A DNA stretch of 64,000 bases, from contig CM000435.1 of assembly GCA_000165345.1 (NCBI GenBank), forward strand, positions 960,001 to 1,024,000. The letters run 5' to 3'. Both the position numbers and the translations under genes were made by a program. Under the pieces are notes generated by a model, which was not told the DNA's origin, did no database searches, and saw only the letters and a list, made by a program, of their open reading frames with translations. Positions 31,608-41,620 of the stretch are shown here, piece by piece; within the stretch, counting starts at the first letter, position 1; every line of letters begins with the position of its first letter.

Positions 31608-32503
31608 TTAATCATCCTTTATATCAAGTTCTGAATATTCTTCCTCAGCAATATTATCATACTCTTCCTCATCCTGGTAATCTCCATACCTTTCATTTCT
31701 ATTCAAATTTAAGTTTGAGTTGTTATTTTTAACAAAGTTTGTTGGATGTTCAAATAGAACTCCTTCTTGTGCAGCAGTATTGTTCCCCCTATACATTTGC
31801 TGAATTCCACCAGAGTATACTAACTCAGGTGGGACAATGGTCTTAAATACCTGGTTACAGTTTGGGCAAACTTCCATGTCTTCTTCTTTGTCAGAAAGAC
31901 AGGCTCCACATGCTCTTCTATTAATAATCCAATCAAAATCATTATCTTCTTCTAAGTCTTGAAGAGAAACATCATTTCCAATGCATACGCCATCAACAAA
32001 AATTTGGGGTAGTAAAACGGTCCCATCCGATTCTAATGGATCCATTTTTAAAAGTCCTTCATTTTTTAAATTATCAAATATTTCAGAGTCTCCCAAATCT
32101 ATTTAATAAAATATTATAATGCATAATTACTAGTTACAAGGTTATCTCACCAAGTTTAAAGAACATATTTTTGGCTTTTATTCTTTTAACTTGACGAGGT
32201 CAGAATAAACTTACTTGCAGCAATTGAGAAATCTCTATTTGCATCAATCTGATAGTATACGACTCCTTTCACATCAAGGAATTGCTTTGCTCTTAAAGAC
32301 CCATAAAAATGCCTTCTTATTCCGCTCAAAGAAGTGTGAATTAGTACAACCTACAACAGAAAAAAGAGTGCTTATTGTGTGTAAACCCTAAATGCAGGCT
32401 AAAATTTGCAATACATTTTTGCATAATTCATTCCTGCATCTTTTATATTACTTACCTCTGCAGGCGTAGCTTGTACATCTGATCCTATTCCTTTTTCGTA
32501 CAT
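31608..32503 (-). CDS. Three-exon gene: glutaredoxin-fold protein of SH3BGR/GRXCR type with a C-terminal CxxC...CxxC zinc-ribbon and an acidic tail. complement(join(31608..32098,32215..32350,32456..32503)).
   Basis: Exon 1 is ATG..GAG (MYEKGIGSDVQATPAE) followed by GTAAGT. Exon 2 encodes VVLIHTSLSGIRRHFYGSLRAKQFLDVKGVVYYQIDANRDFSIAA. It begins after ttttttctgttgtAG and ends GCA A|GTAAGT. Exon 3 begins after ttttattaaatAG and equals the track ORF 31608..32096, which contains LLPQIFVDGVCIGN and CGAC...CPNC. All phases fit (0, then 1). Introns are 105 and 116 nt. Confidence 0.55.
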
Positions 32504-32684
32504 TTTAAATGGCTGTGTAAATGAAACTTATTTGAGGTAAAGACAGAATATAACAGGCTTTGAATTTACTCTCTTTGTTCTGAGCTTCAAATTCTGTAAT
32601 TATCTAGAATTTCAATTTATAGACAATTTTACATTTCATATCTTTTTACTTGTAAATAGACTTATTTTCATGTCAAAATAACAT

Positions 32685-32708
32685 ACCGCCAAATATTGCC
32701 GCCGACAA
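32685..32708. promoter_or_regulatory. Paired CCGCCAAA / TTGCCGCCGAC boxes in the 473-bp divergent promoter between the GRX-like gene (32503, minus) and the RPB11-like gene (32977, plus). ATTTTGGCGGTAAGA lies at 32915-32929.
   Basis: ACCGCCAAATATTGCCGCCGACAA is the only GC-rich patch in a spacer that is about 85 percent AT. Confidence 0.45.
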
Positions 32709-32976
32709 TTGTAATATTTTTTAAATTATAGGTCAATTTCAATTGGTACTTAAAAAATAAAAGAAGAAAGTTTTGTTGGGAAATAACATACAATGAGTTT
32801 TTGAGTGTGTTTGATGTTATGAAATTGCAAATAATTTTTTGATACTTTTGTGTTCGTTTTTTAAAGTTTTGATCCGTGTTAATATTTAGAATAGTTTTTC
32901 TACAATGTTATGTAATTTTGGCGGTAAGATAGTGATGTAATTAAAATTTAGCTAGAATAATAAAAAAGAACAAAAC

Positions 32977-33467
32977 ATGGGGAAGTTCTTTACAGTTAAT
33001 AAACCTGATGTAAATCTACTTGATATTCCTGCTGGATCTGAGAAGTAAGTTTGAATTATACTAATATTGCTGACTTGTATAATTTGCTGACCAATTTCAG
33101 AGTACAGTGGAAAGTGGAATCTAGAGTTCCTTGTTGTGGTAGTTTTATGATAATGCTTGAAGATCATACACTTGGAAACCTAATTACAACGTAAGTTCAT
33201 TAGTTTTAATTTGTGAGGTTTAAACTGGTAATACTTATCTTAATATTTTCTCTATTCAGACAATTATTACGTGATCCAAATGTCATATTTGCAGGGTACA
33301 AAGTACCTCACCCATTAGAGCCTCTTGTGCAAATTAGAATACAAACAAGAGAAAACACTACTCCATTTGTTGCGATTCAAAATGCTATTAAATCGATCCA
33401 AATGGAGTCACAGGTAATATTGAATTCATTTAAAGATTCAATGAGAAACTATCCTATATACAAATAG
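32977..33467 (+). CDS. Three-exon gene: DNA-directed RNA polymerase subunit of the RPB11/AC19 (RpoL) family, about 120 aa. join(32977..33044,33101..33190,33260..33467).
   Basis: MGKFFTVNKPDVNLLDIPAGSE|K VQWKVESRVPCCGSFMIMLEDHTLGNLIT|T QLLRDPNVIFAGYKVPHPLEPLVQIRIQTRENTTPFVAIQNAIKSIQ... The donors are AA|GTAAGT (33045) and AC|GTAAGT (33191). The acceptors are tttcAG (33099-100) and tctattcAG (33258-59). Both introns are phase 2. The EDHTLGN and AGYKVPHPLE...IRIQT signatures define the family. The track shows only the last exon, as 33213..33467. Confidence 0.65.
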
Positions 33468-33571
33468 AGAATAATTGAATTAGACTATAGTCGTTATTAT
33501 TTAATCTATAATTCTTCTTTCCAATTGTTCTTTTGTTTCATATTTATATTTAGATAAATTACTAGCAATAA

Positions 33572-34313
33572 CTAACAACAGCTTGATGTTGATTGTTTCT
33601 GGTTATTACCTTTTGAAAGTTGGATCCCTACTGAAGTATTATTAGCAAAACATCCTAAAGTAATTTTGAAATTAGGAAATAAAGTTAGAAGGATTAATCC
33701 ATCAATCTTTGATAAACTTACCATTCATATCTAAATTTGATGAGTTATCTTTCATCTTTTGATTATATACTTCCTGCAATAAATGCTCAAAAATATGTTT
33801 AACATTACATCTTGTGACTGCAGATGCTTCCGAAAAGAATAAGTTATTTTCTTGGGCAAAGTTTGCAGCTATATCAAATGGGACTTCTCTTTTACTTGGG
33901 TCCTTCTCAACTAAATCCAATTTATTCCCTACAAGCATCACAACAATATCAGGTTCCGAATTCTGCTTAATGTCCTCCAGCCACTTTGAAGCATTCAGAA
34001 AGCTTGATTTACGAGTTATATCATACACCAATAATGCACCCACAGATCGCCGATAGTGTGCCCTTGTGATTGCTCTATATCGTTCCTGCCCTGCTGTATC
34101 CCATATCTGAGCTTTCACTGTTCCTCCAATTGAAAGAGGCACTGTTCTTGTAGCAAACTCAACTCCTATTGTTGGTTGTGGAGTTTTTGGCAGAGCATCT
34201 CTTGTATATCGTGATAATAAATGAGTTTTCCCAACTGTTGCATCTCCTACTAATATGATCTTATAAAGATGGTCATATTCATCTGGTGAAGAACCCATTG
34301 AGTGTTTTTTCAA
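33572..34313 (-). CDS. Rab11-family small GTPase with a 3' terminal exon supplying the C-terminal CC prenylation motif. complement(join(33572..33654,33722..34313)).
   Basis: G1 GDATVGKT, G3 WDTAGQE, G4 GNKLDL and the Rab11-like YRAITRAHYRRSVGALLVYDIT. The track ORF ends MNGKFIKD* with no cysteine. The sequence at that point is AAT G|GTAAGTTTATC, a perfect donor. A 67-nt intron ends tttcaaaattactttAG. The next exon reads in phase (G)CFANNTSVGIQLSKGNNQKQSTSSCC then TAG. The track start 34313 is TTG, so the true start may be the internal MGSS ATG. The E2F-like box AATTGGCGCCAAATCG lies about 105 nt upstream. Confidence 0.75.
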
Positions 34314-34412
34314 TCTACATAAACTTTGAATTTATAACTAATTATGGCCAATTGTATCCACCAACTTGTTTTGAAACCTATTTTTAAACTAAGAATTGAA
34401 TCCCACTCACGA

Positions 34413-34428
34413 ATTGGCGCCAAATCGT
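34413..34428. promoter_or_regulatory. E2F-like AATTGGCGCCAAATCG about 105 nt upstream of the Rab11-like gene
   Basis: Near-perfect palindrome TTGGCGCCAA. Confidence 0.45.
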
Positions 34429-34658
34429 GAAACAACCCTTTTTCAATAATACATTTTATATTTCTGCTAATGGAAAATAATATAAACACACAAACAATCT
34501 GACAAATAAATATTAAAAATAAAATAAGACATGATCAAAAAGTAGATAACTCAGCGACATTTTGGTCATTACTGAGATCGTTAAATTCGAATTAACCACT
34601 AATAGTGAGTTAGTTTTCGTTAGCTTACTTCTTATAACTTTGAATTCACTCTATTTCC

Positions 34659-35582
34659 TTAAAATCCACTACCGTAGTTGATCTTAGCTTGTGAAAAGTC
34701 CATTTCCGGATGAGCTGCCTTAAACTTTTCAAGAAGTTCATGCTGTTTTAAGTTATCGCTTGTAGGCAATCCCATCGCTTTTTGTCTCTGATCAAACATC
34801 ATCTTCTCCACTGTAGCTCTGGTTTCTGGATCTAAATCTGAAAGCTTTGAATTCTCTGGTACAATCTTGGTAGTATCTATTTCTTGGTCTCCCTTTATAA
34901 CACATGACCACCAATTAATATTTTCCTGCTTTTCTAGTACTATTTGAATAGTTTTCCCATCTATAATTGACCATAAACAGTCATCTGGCTTAACTTTTGA
35001 GTTTAGTTCACCATCTATAATTACTTCTCCTTTTACAACTACCTTCAATCTATTAGTTTTAATATTAATATTACAATCTCTTGACTTGATTCCTGGAATA
35101 GTGTCAATAAGTACCTCCACAGTTCCTAGTGTCTGAGTCCAGGTATACTTATCTGTCGACCCTCCATTACCAGGAGGGGGAGCCTCTGTATCAGATTCTT
35201 CCTCATCGCCCAGCTTTTCATTGGTTTTTGTTGCTGGTTGACCTTTTTCATCGTCAGAAAAAACTTCTTCAATTTTCGGTACACTCTTTGTAGACATATT
35301 TTTCAGCTCTTCTTCTTCTCTCCTTTTCTGCTCTTCAATCTTCTTTTTTCGTTCTTCTTCTCTTTCCATCATTAACCTTTTTTCTTCTCTTCTTTTATCT
35401 GCAGAGAGAGCCTGATATTTCCTAAAGTATTTCATTAGAATTTTCTCTTCTTCTCCCTGGTTCATTGCTGTGAAAAAATCGGTTTTCCTCAGCAAGAAAC
35501 CAAATATTACATCCAAAAAATTCTCAATTCCATTTGCACTTTGAGCCAAGTTAATGAGAAGTGAATCAAATCTTTCATCCAT
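34659..35582 (-). CDS. NudC-family protein with a CS domain (307 aa)
   Basis: The N-terminal NudC-N region is LLRKTDFFTAM. There is a Glu/Lys/Arg coiled-coil linker. The CS/p23-like domain is YTWTQTLGTVEVLIDT...LKVVVKGEVIIDGEL...DCLWSI. The C-terminal NudC tail is DPETRATVEKMMFDQRQKAMGLPTSD. Confidence 0.75.
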   Translation of the reverse strand: MDERFDSLLINLAQSANGIENFLDVIFGFLLRKTDFFTAMNQGEEEKILMKYFRKYQALSADKRREEKRLMMEREEERKKKIEEQKRREEEELKNMSTKSVPKIEEVFSDDEKGQPATKTNEKLGDEEESDTEAPPPGNGGSTDKYTWTQTLGTVEVLIDTIPGIKSRDCNINIKTNRLKVVVKGEVIIDGELNSKVKPDDCLWSIIDGKTIQIVLEKQENINWWSCVIKGDQEIDTTKIVPENSKLSDLDPETRATVEKMMFDQRQKAMGLPTSDNLKQHELLEKFKAAHPEMDFSQAKINYGSGF

Positions 35583-35643
35583 CCTTGATAAAGCTTTTTA
35601 TATACTAAAAAATTAATTAGAAAATTATTCTACTGTTTTTGAC

Positions 35644-35656
35644 TTTGCCGCTAAAC
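35644..35656. promoter_or_regulatory. E2F-like TTTGCCGCTAAAC about 65 nt upstream of the NudC ATG
   Basis: Seen directly. Confidence 0.4.
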
Positions 35657-35904
35657 TTTTCCCAGCTCCCTAAGTTACAGCTCTTTCTACAGATATTTCT
35701 AATTATTACATAAGTTACTAGGTATTTAGCTCTATGAAGGGAGAAACTTAGGAAATCATTCAAGTTTCTTATTTGCTATCCAATTAGAATGCTACTAAAA
35801 AAACTAAAATTAACACTCCCAAGATGGTTTTTTTTTCCATCTTGAAACTAAATAAGAAAATAAGCCTATTGTTAATTTGCAATTTATTTGCAAAATTATT
35901 TATC

Positions 35905-35975
35905 ATTGCATGCATAAGAGTGATTTAGTTTGTAAACATACAATTTGCATGTAAATAAGATGTGCATGCAATAAT
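35905..35975. promoter_or_regulatory. Cluster of three TGCATG(C/T)A elements in the NudC/coronin divergent intergenic region
   Basis: attGCATGCAtaag, atttGCATGTaaat and gtGCATGCAat within 70 nt. GCATGC-type elements are known apicomplexan promoter motifs. Confidence 0.35.
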
Positions 35976-36331
35976 AAATATCATTAAGCCGGCTGAATAA
36001 ATTTCGTATCAGTGCTCTGGAAAAAAATAAATAATTTATAAGAACATGAATCATTTTGTCAAGTAAAAAAAAAAAAATGGACAAAGTCTGTGGTATGTGT
36101 CAAAATTTTACGTACAATAAAAATAATTATTACTATTGAAAAAAAATTAATAAAAACTTATGCATAATCATGTGGAAGGTCCACATTGGATCTTCAAATA
36201 TTAATAAAAATAATAAATAATAGTGCGGACGTGATAATAAATAATTTGAATGGGACCGAAAGAATTTAAGTGGAAATTGGGGAAAAAAAATAAAGAAATA
36301 AAGATATAAAGGGAAGAATTAAAAGAAAGAA

Positions 36332-37723
36332 ATGAGCAGAATTGTACATGACAGTAAATTCCGAAATTTGTATGGAGAGTGTATGCAAGATAGGTTTTCA
36401 GGCTTACATATTGTAACAAGCAGACATACAGTTGATGGATGTGGAATAGCAGCTTCAACAGAGTTTATAGCATTTCCAGCAGAGTGTAGCGGAGGAGGAA
36501 GTGTGGGTGTAATTGATAATAGTTCATTTGGATACAAACCAAATGTAGTATACTTTAAAGGCCACAAAGCAGCAGTTAGTGATGTGGAGTTTTCACCCTT
36601 TTACTCTTGTTTGTTAGTTAGTGCATCTCAAGATAAGACAATAAAGTTATGGGAAATTCCAGAACACGCTGCACAAAAGAGTTTAAAAGATCCTTTGGCA
36701 GTATTTCGTGGACATACAAAGAAAGTCTCACTTGTTAAGTTTAACCCCTCAGCAGAGTGGATCTTGGCTTCAGCTAGTAGAGATAATACAATTAAGATCT
36801 GGAACTGTGAGACAGTTCAAGATGAAATTAATATTGGATTACCAGGTTTACCAACATCGATCAAATGGAGTTATGATGGTAGTCTTTTAGCTGTTTCTTG
36901 TATGGACAAAGTTACCAGAATAATAGACCCAAGAAGTGAAAGAATTACATATCAGTGGCAAGCTCATAATGGAAGCAGAAAGAGTAGATGCGAATGGATG
37001 GGAGGCACAATGGGAAATCCAAATTGGCTATTAACAACAGGTTTTAGCGATAAAGGTGAGAGGCAGATTGGAGTTTGGGATGTAAGATATTTGGATAAGA
37101 GTGTTGGGGTGGAGTTTGTGGATATTGAACAACCATCGTTAATTCCATTCTGGGATGAAGGTACTGGACTATTTTATTTGGCAGGTAAAGGAGATACAAA
37201 TATTAAGGTTTTTGAATATAGTAAGACTGATGGCTGTGTAAGAAGGCTGGAAGAATATAGATCAGTAAATTCTCTCAAAGGTTATTGCTTGACCCCAAAG
37301 CAAAATGTCGAAGTAATGAAGTGCGAGATTGATCGAATTCTTAGATTAGAGTCAGGCGGTGTAATTCAGCCTGTTTCATTTATTGTGCCAAGAAAGACGA
37401 ATGAATTTTATTCCGATTTGTATCCCGATGCCATTGGAAATGAAGCCGCAATGGGTCCAGAGGAATGGATTAGTGGCCATACTGGTGAACCAATGAGAAT
37501 GTCTTTAAGACCAGATATTGTTCAAACGCAGAGCAATATGTTCAAGAGAATGAGATCTGTTGTTAAGAATGCAAGAGTAATATTAAAGAAAGATTTAGCC
37601 AAGGCAGAGATGCAATTAAGTACAATGCAGGATGAATTGTATTCTATAGAGTCACTCAAATATCAGTTAAAAGAGAAAGAAAATGAGATTGCTCAATTAA
37701 AAGCAAAGACTTCATTAGTTTAA
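36332..37723 (+). CDS. Coronin (WD40 actin-binding protein with a C-terminal coiled coil), 463 aa
   Basis: N-terminal coronin signature MSRIVHDSKFRNLYGE. WD repeats GHKAAVSDVEFSPF...SASQDKTIKLWEI and GHTKKVSLVKFNP...SASRDNTIKIWN. C-terminal heptad region LSTMQDELYSIESLKYQLKEKENEIAQLKAK. Confidence 0.85.
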   Translation: MSRIVHDSKFRNLYGECMQDRFSGLHIVTSRHTVDGCGIAASTEFIAFPAECSGGGSVGVIDNSSFGYKPNVVYFKGHKAAVSDVEFSPFYSCLLVSASQDKTIKLWEIPEHAAQKSLKDPLAVFRGHTKKVSLVKFNPSAEWILASASRDNTIKIWNCETVQDEINIGLPGLPTSIKWSYDGSLLAVSCMDKVTRIIDPRSERITYQWQAHNGSRKSRCEWMGGTMGNPNWLLTTGFSDKGERQIGVWDVRYLDKSVGVEFVDIEQPSLIPFWDEGTGLFYLAGKGDTNIKVFEYSKTDGCVRRLEEYRSVNSLKGYCLTPKQNVEVMKCEIDRILRLESGGVIQPVSFIVPRKTNEFYSDLYPDAIGNEAAMGPEEWISGHTGEPMRMSLRPDIVQTQSNMFKRMRSVVKNARVILKKDLAKAEMQLSTMQDELYSIESLKYQLKEKENEIAQLKAKTSLV

Positions 37724-37890
37724 TGATTATTTTTCAATAAAGCGACAGAAGACAAAAACCATTCACTCATTGTATAGTTCTATGAGAGGTAAATAAATAT
37801 AATTTGTAGGCTATAAATTTCAAAAACTTATTAAATACTATCCCAATCCTTAAAATTAATTCCTTTTTTCCAATTAAAGCTAATCCATTG

Positions 37891-38868
37891 TTATTTAGAG
37901 TAGATTTTCATGGTTGTTAAGAATAGATCCTTAATTCCTAAATCCTCACAGATTCTAGCAAGAATCTTTGTACCGTCACTTGGAAGTTCTATCATTGTAT
38001 TTGGTAGAATTCTTAGTGAATTTATCGTATCTAAGTTTATTGTACAATTTTTATCAATGGAAACATCTTTGATGATTTCACCTCTAACAATGAAATGTTT
38101 CCATCTAAGTCTTTGCAGTCTTCTAGTATACTCAAGGCAGCAGTCCTCCAGACCCTCTACAATAATGATTCCAGGATATCCAATCTTACAATATCCACCA
38201 AGACAAAGCTCTTTGGCCCATTCTACAATTAGCCTTCTTTTTATCTTGCTCCTAATATGGTGGCTGTAACAAGCTCTCTGTCCCCATTTTATAGTTCCTG
38301 AGGTTCCAGAAGTATTCCAAACATACTTAATCATTTCCTCTTGTTCTAACACACTACTTTCGCTTTCTGACTCTGAGCTTATTGATTGCATCTCTGAATC
38401 TAAACTACTATTCAATACTTCACATGGAATATCTCGAACAATATCTTCCGTCGCCTCCCTGGAGGCAATCACCTGGTCATAGATACATTCCATATTAGGA
38501 ATAAATGCATTTATCCCCACATCCTCTATGTACTTTGTTTGGGATTCTGATAAAAAAAATGGGCGTTTGTTATCTCCATCCCACTCTTTCGTTGCCACAA
38601 TACTTACCTTTTTTAAACCTGATTTATAGTTATTGTCCGGATCCAATGTTATTTCAAGATACAGAGGCATTGAGTAGAATTTCCTGTCTCCAAGTAAAAC
38701 TCTGAAACGTAAATCACCATGGCTTCCTTCATTACTCACTTCTTGCTCAAGCCATGACTCCAGCTCCTTATTAACAACCATCTCATCTTTCTCTGAAAAT
38801 ATACACCTAAGTGCACCGATTTCCTGCTTTAATCTTTCGGCTTCGTTCTCATATATATTTATATTCAT
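37891..38868 (-). CDS. RWD-domain protein with a C-terminal DUF1115-like region (RWDD2-like), 325 aa
   Basis: N-terminal EAERLKQEIGALRCIFSEKDEM, which is RWD-like. C-terminal WNTSGTSGTIKWGQRACYSHHIRSK...GYPGIIIVEG. TTTGGCGGTAAAAT lies 35-50 nt upstream. Confidence 0.5.
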   Translation of the reverse strand: MNINIYENEAERLKQEIGALRCIFSEKDEMVVNKELESWLEQEVSNEGSHGDLRFRVLLGDRKFYSMPLYLEITLDPDNNYKSGLKKVSIVATKEWDGDNKRPFFLSESQTKYIEDVGINAFIPNMECIYDQVIASREATEDIVRDIPCEVLNSSLDSEMQSISSESESESSVLEQEEMIKYVWNTSGTSGTIKWGQRACYSHHIRSKIKRRLIVEWAKELCLGGYCKIGYPGIIIVEGLEDCCLEYTRRLQRLRWKHFIVRGEIIKDVSIDKNCTINLDTINSLRILPNTMIELPSDGTKILARICEDLGIKDLFLTTMKIYSK

Positions 38869-38932
38869 AAATTCTAATTTTACAAGCTTAAAAACTACAA
38901 AGTTTGGCGGTAAAATCCAAATAATTGTGGGT

Positions 38933-41413
38933 TTAGGGTCCGACTAGCTCATACGAGCTAAAGTTACTGCAAAGTTTCTCAGCCTCTTCAACAGGAATAA
39001 AGGTGGCTATCCTGCTAACTATTTGAGTACATTGCCTAATTGCTTCATCTGGACGATCATAGACTAAGTCTTCGAGGTTACTTACAATGTTGAGATCGTG
39101 ATTGATGAGCTGTGCAGCTATATCGCAGGCAACATTCATGGGAATGACGATAACTCTACTAAGGTCAATTCCAGCAACCATATCTGGGTCAATTGCAGCT
39201 TTGGTAATCATCTTCATTTTTCTAAGGAGTTTATAAAATCCATTTGAGAATGAGTCTAGGCTGGACTTTTTAGGTTTTAATTTCGCAGGATAAAGGCAAT
39301 TATCTCTAGCGCTTCCTATTATTGAGAGGGCTACAATAGTCTTTAAGTCTGAGTTTGGCTTTCCATTGGGAATTTGTTCATCGCTGGGGCATCTATCCCA
39401 TTGTAGAAGCTTACTGGAGACAGTGCCTTGGAGGAGTCTATGAATGCTGAGCTTATTAGCAACTTCTGAACAGTATAACCCAGCTTTTGTAGCTCCAATA
39501 TCTTTATGATTAGTTTTGTAACTTGAAAGTGGGATTCCCCAAATTGAAACTCTATATTTTAAAAGTCCGTTAACACTCAAAGTTCTTAGGATGTTGGTGC
39601 ATGATTCAACAAATCTCCAAGGGACAAAGTTCCCTTTCCAATTTGGAGATTTCATCATCTGCCATGTAGATTCAGGAATTTTGTAACTACTCTTCATTAA
39701 TTCTCCTAGTTCATTCCAGGCAATTGTTTGAAAAACTGAGAACTTTGTGACTTCAGAGCCATCTACACCGACTGAATGCTTCAGAATTGGAGCATATTTA
39801 TACTCATGTCTTGGATGTCCTGCAGTCTTCCTATCAATTCTAAAACGCATTAATCTCGCTCCAAAAGGAAAATTGATACCGAAAAATTTGTCTCTAGTTG
39901 GTATCTCATCTATAAAAGACCTCTTTGAGGAAGGAGGAAGTTCATATATCTGCAGTAGGTACTCATTCACTGCTGAGGCTTTAGATTCTAATCTAGGGCT
40001 TTCTTTATTCACTTTAGGAGATATTATAGCATCTACTAGAGTAGTATGACCTGAGGACTCATCAATATGGGAAAGGTGTACCTCTACAGGTTCTGGTTCT
40101 TGGCTAGTTATAGAAGAAAGACTTGATTGCATTTGGGAACAAGGTGACTTTCTATTGGAACAGGAAACTTTTGAATTGCCACTCTCATCAGTACTAATAT
40201 GCAAGTCTTGTTCTAAGTCTAGACTGTCTTGAACTTTCTCTATAGCCTCTTGCTCTCGCTCGTTTTCTATCTCATCTAGAACCTCGAGTTCTCCTTGTTT
40301 GTTCTCTATAAAGTTCATAACTGGTTCAATAGGCCCTGTTTGAATGGGACTGGTAATATCAAAAGATTTTCCGTCAATCTTAGCCATTGCTTCCTTAATT
40401 AGTCTGTCCTTAATCTTCTTCCTATTAAGTCTTTTCTGAGTAGTAGTGAAGATAGGCTTACCTTCTATGTTGTGATAAGTTGAATGGAATTGGGAATAGG
40501 TCAGTTTGTGAGAAGCAAATCCTCCTCTTCCAGTTCTAAAGATCCTGTGTTTGTTGTTAAAGTAGTCGTGTTTCTTCGGACAACAAGCAGATCCAATAAG
40601 AAAATGGGATGTACAGGATCCTTTTGGCCTAGAAAGCTCTAGATGATGATCATGGCCAGCTATATAAGCATCAACTTTGTACTTTTTAAGTAAAGGATCA
40701 AGGATTTTGTGAATATCAGAGTTATCTCCATGCTCTCCACTTGAATAGCACGGGAAATGACCAATAACAAAGATCCAGTCAATATCCCTCATAATTGCAG
40801 CCTTTAGAGTATTCTCAATAAATTCCATCTGCTCATTCCACAATTCTGGAGTAATATCAGTTCCCATTGGGGAAGATATGATCCAAGAATCAGTATAAAT
40901 AAAGATTGCCTTGGTTTTGACCATTTCCTCCGTCTCTTCTGTTGGACTAGAGCTTACATTTAAATAAGGATGAGGTGAATTCACAGGGGATTCGAATTCC
41001 TCAATTGTATAGTACCAAAAGTTTGGTAAATACCATCTTGGAGACTTTAGACTATAATGACGATCAACCTGAGCTGTAGCATTGCCCCACCAGTCATGGT
41101 TTCCAAGGACGCATCTAAACTGAACATCCTGTAATGATTCTTGATCAAAGACAGATTCAAACATATTCTCCCATATTGGGTCATCAACCGAACTTACTCC
41201 CCACCTATAAAAGTTATCACCAACAGAAATGATAAAATTCGGCTTAATTATAGACGCAAGATTGGCCATTGATCTGCTTACTGCAGAAAGAATAGCAGTA
41301 GGCTCACCCCAATCACCAAAAGTCATCCAGCTTAATGGTTCGGAACTACATCTTGTTACCGCTAATAAACAAATCAAGGTTGCCCTGAGTAGTACGTAGT
41401 TTAGCTTGGACAT
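38933..41413 (-). CDS. Secreted purple-acid-phosphatase-type metallophosphoesterase with a C-terminal extension of about 430 aa (826 aa)
   Basis: Signal peptide MSKLNYVLLRATLICLLAVTRCSS. All five PAP motifs are present: GDWG, VGDNFY, LGNHDW, VIGHFP and AGHDHHLE. Residues of about 400-826 have no recognised fold. Confidence 0.65.
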   Translation of the reverse strand: MSKLNYVLLRATLICLLAVTRCSSEPLSWMTFGDWGEPTAILSAVSRSMANLASIIKPNFIISVGDNFYRWGVSSVDDPIWENMFESVFDQESLQDVQFRCVLGNHDWWGNATAQVDRHYSLKSPRWYLPNFWYYTIEEFESPVNSPHPYLNVSSSPTEETEEMVKTKAIFIYTDSWIISSPMGTDITPELWNEQMEFIENTLKAAIMRDIDWIFVIGHFPCYSSGEHGDNSDIHKILDPLLKKYKVDAYIAGHDHHLELSRPKGSCTSHFLIGSACCPKKHDYFNNKHRIFRTGRGGFASHKLTYSQFHSTYHNIEGKPIFTTTQKRLNRKKIKDRLIKEAMAKIDGKSFDITSPIQTGPIEPVMNFIENKQGELEVLDEIENEREQEAIEKVQDSLDLEQDLHISTDESGNSKVSCSNRKSPCSQMQSSLSSITSQEPEPVEVHLSHIDESSGHTTLVDAIISPKVNKESPRLESKASAVNEYLLQIYELPPSSKRSFIDEIPTRDKFFGINFPFGARLMRFRIDRKTAGHPRHEYKYAPILKHSVGVDGSEVTKFSVFQTIAWNELGELMKSSYKIPESTWQMMKSPNWKGNFVPWRFVESCTNILRTLSVNGLLKYRVSIWGIPLSSYKTNHKDIGATKAGLYCSEVANKLSIHRLLQGTVSSKLLQWDRCPSDEQIPNGKPNSDLKTIVALSIIGSARDNCLYPAKLKPKKSSLDSFSNGFYKLLRKMKMITKAAIDPDMVAGIDLSRVIVIPMNVACDIAAQLINHDLNIVSNLEDLVYDRPDEAIRQCTQIVSRIATFIPVEEAEKLCSNFSSYELVGP

Positions 41414-41566
41414 TATGGCTCAACATATAGTGAACTCAAAAGATCACAACCTCTAATATGTCCCTACTTTATCTTCAATTATTCAATTTTTCTTTATCTT
41501 CTCATTCGCGTCCCTTTTTAATAATCGCAATCTTAATGGCCAAACGAATCATCTAAAAAATGGGAC

Positions 41567-41620
41567 ATTTGCGCGCCAAATCTTTACCTAAAAAATCATA
41601 AAGCCGTTTGCCGCCCAAAC
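41567..41620. promoter_or_regulatory. Two E2F-like boxes, ATTTGCGCGCCAAATC and TTTGCCGCCCAAAC, in the divergent promoter of the phosphoesterase (41413, minus) and glycosyltransferase (41995, plus) genes
   Basis: Seen directly. Confidence 0.45.

Noticed and set aside
33702-33721. Taking the track's KFIKD stop as the true Rab C-terminus (a prenylation-less Rab)
   Set aside because: A perfect G|GTAAGT donor sits at exactly this point. An in-phase downstream exon ends in CC. The spliced model is much more parsimonious.
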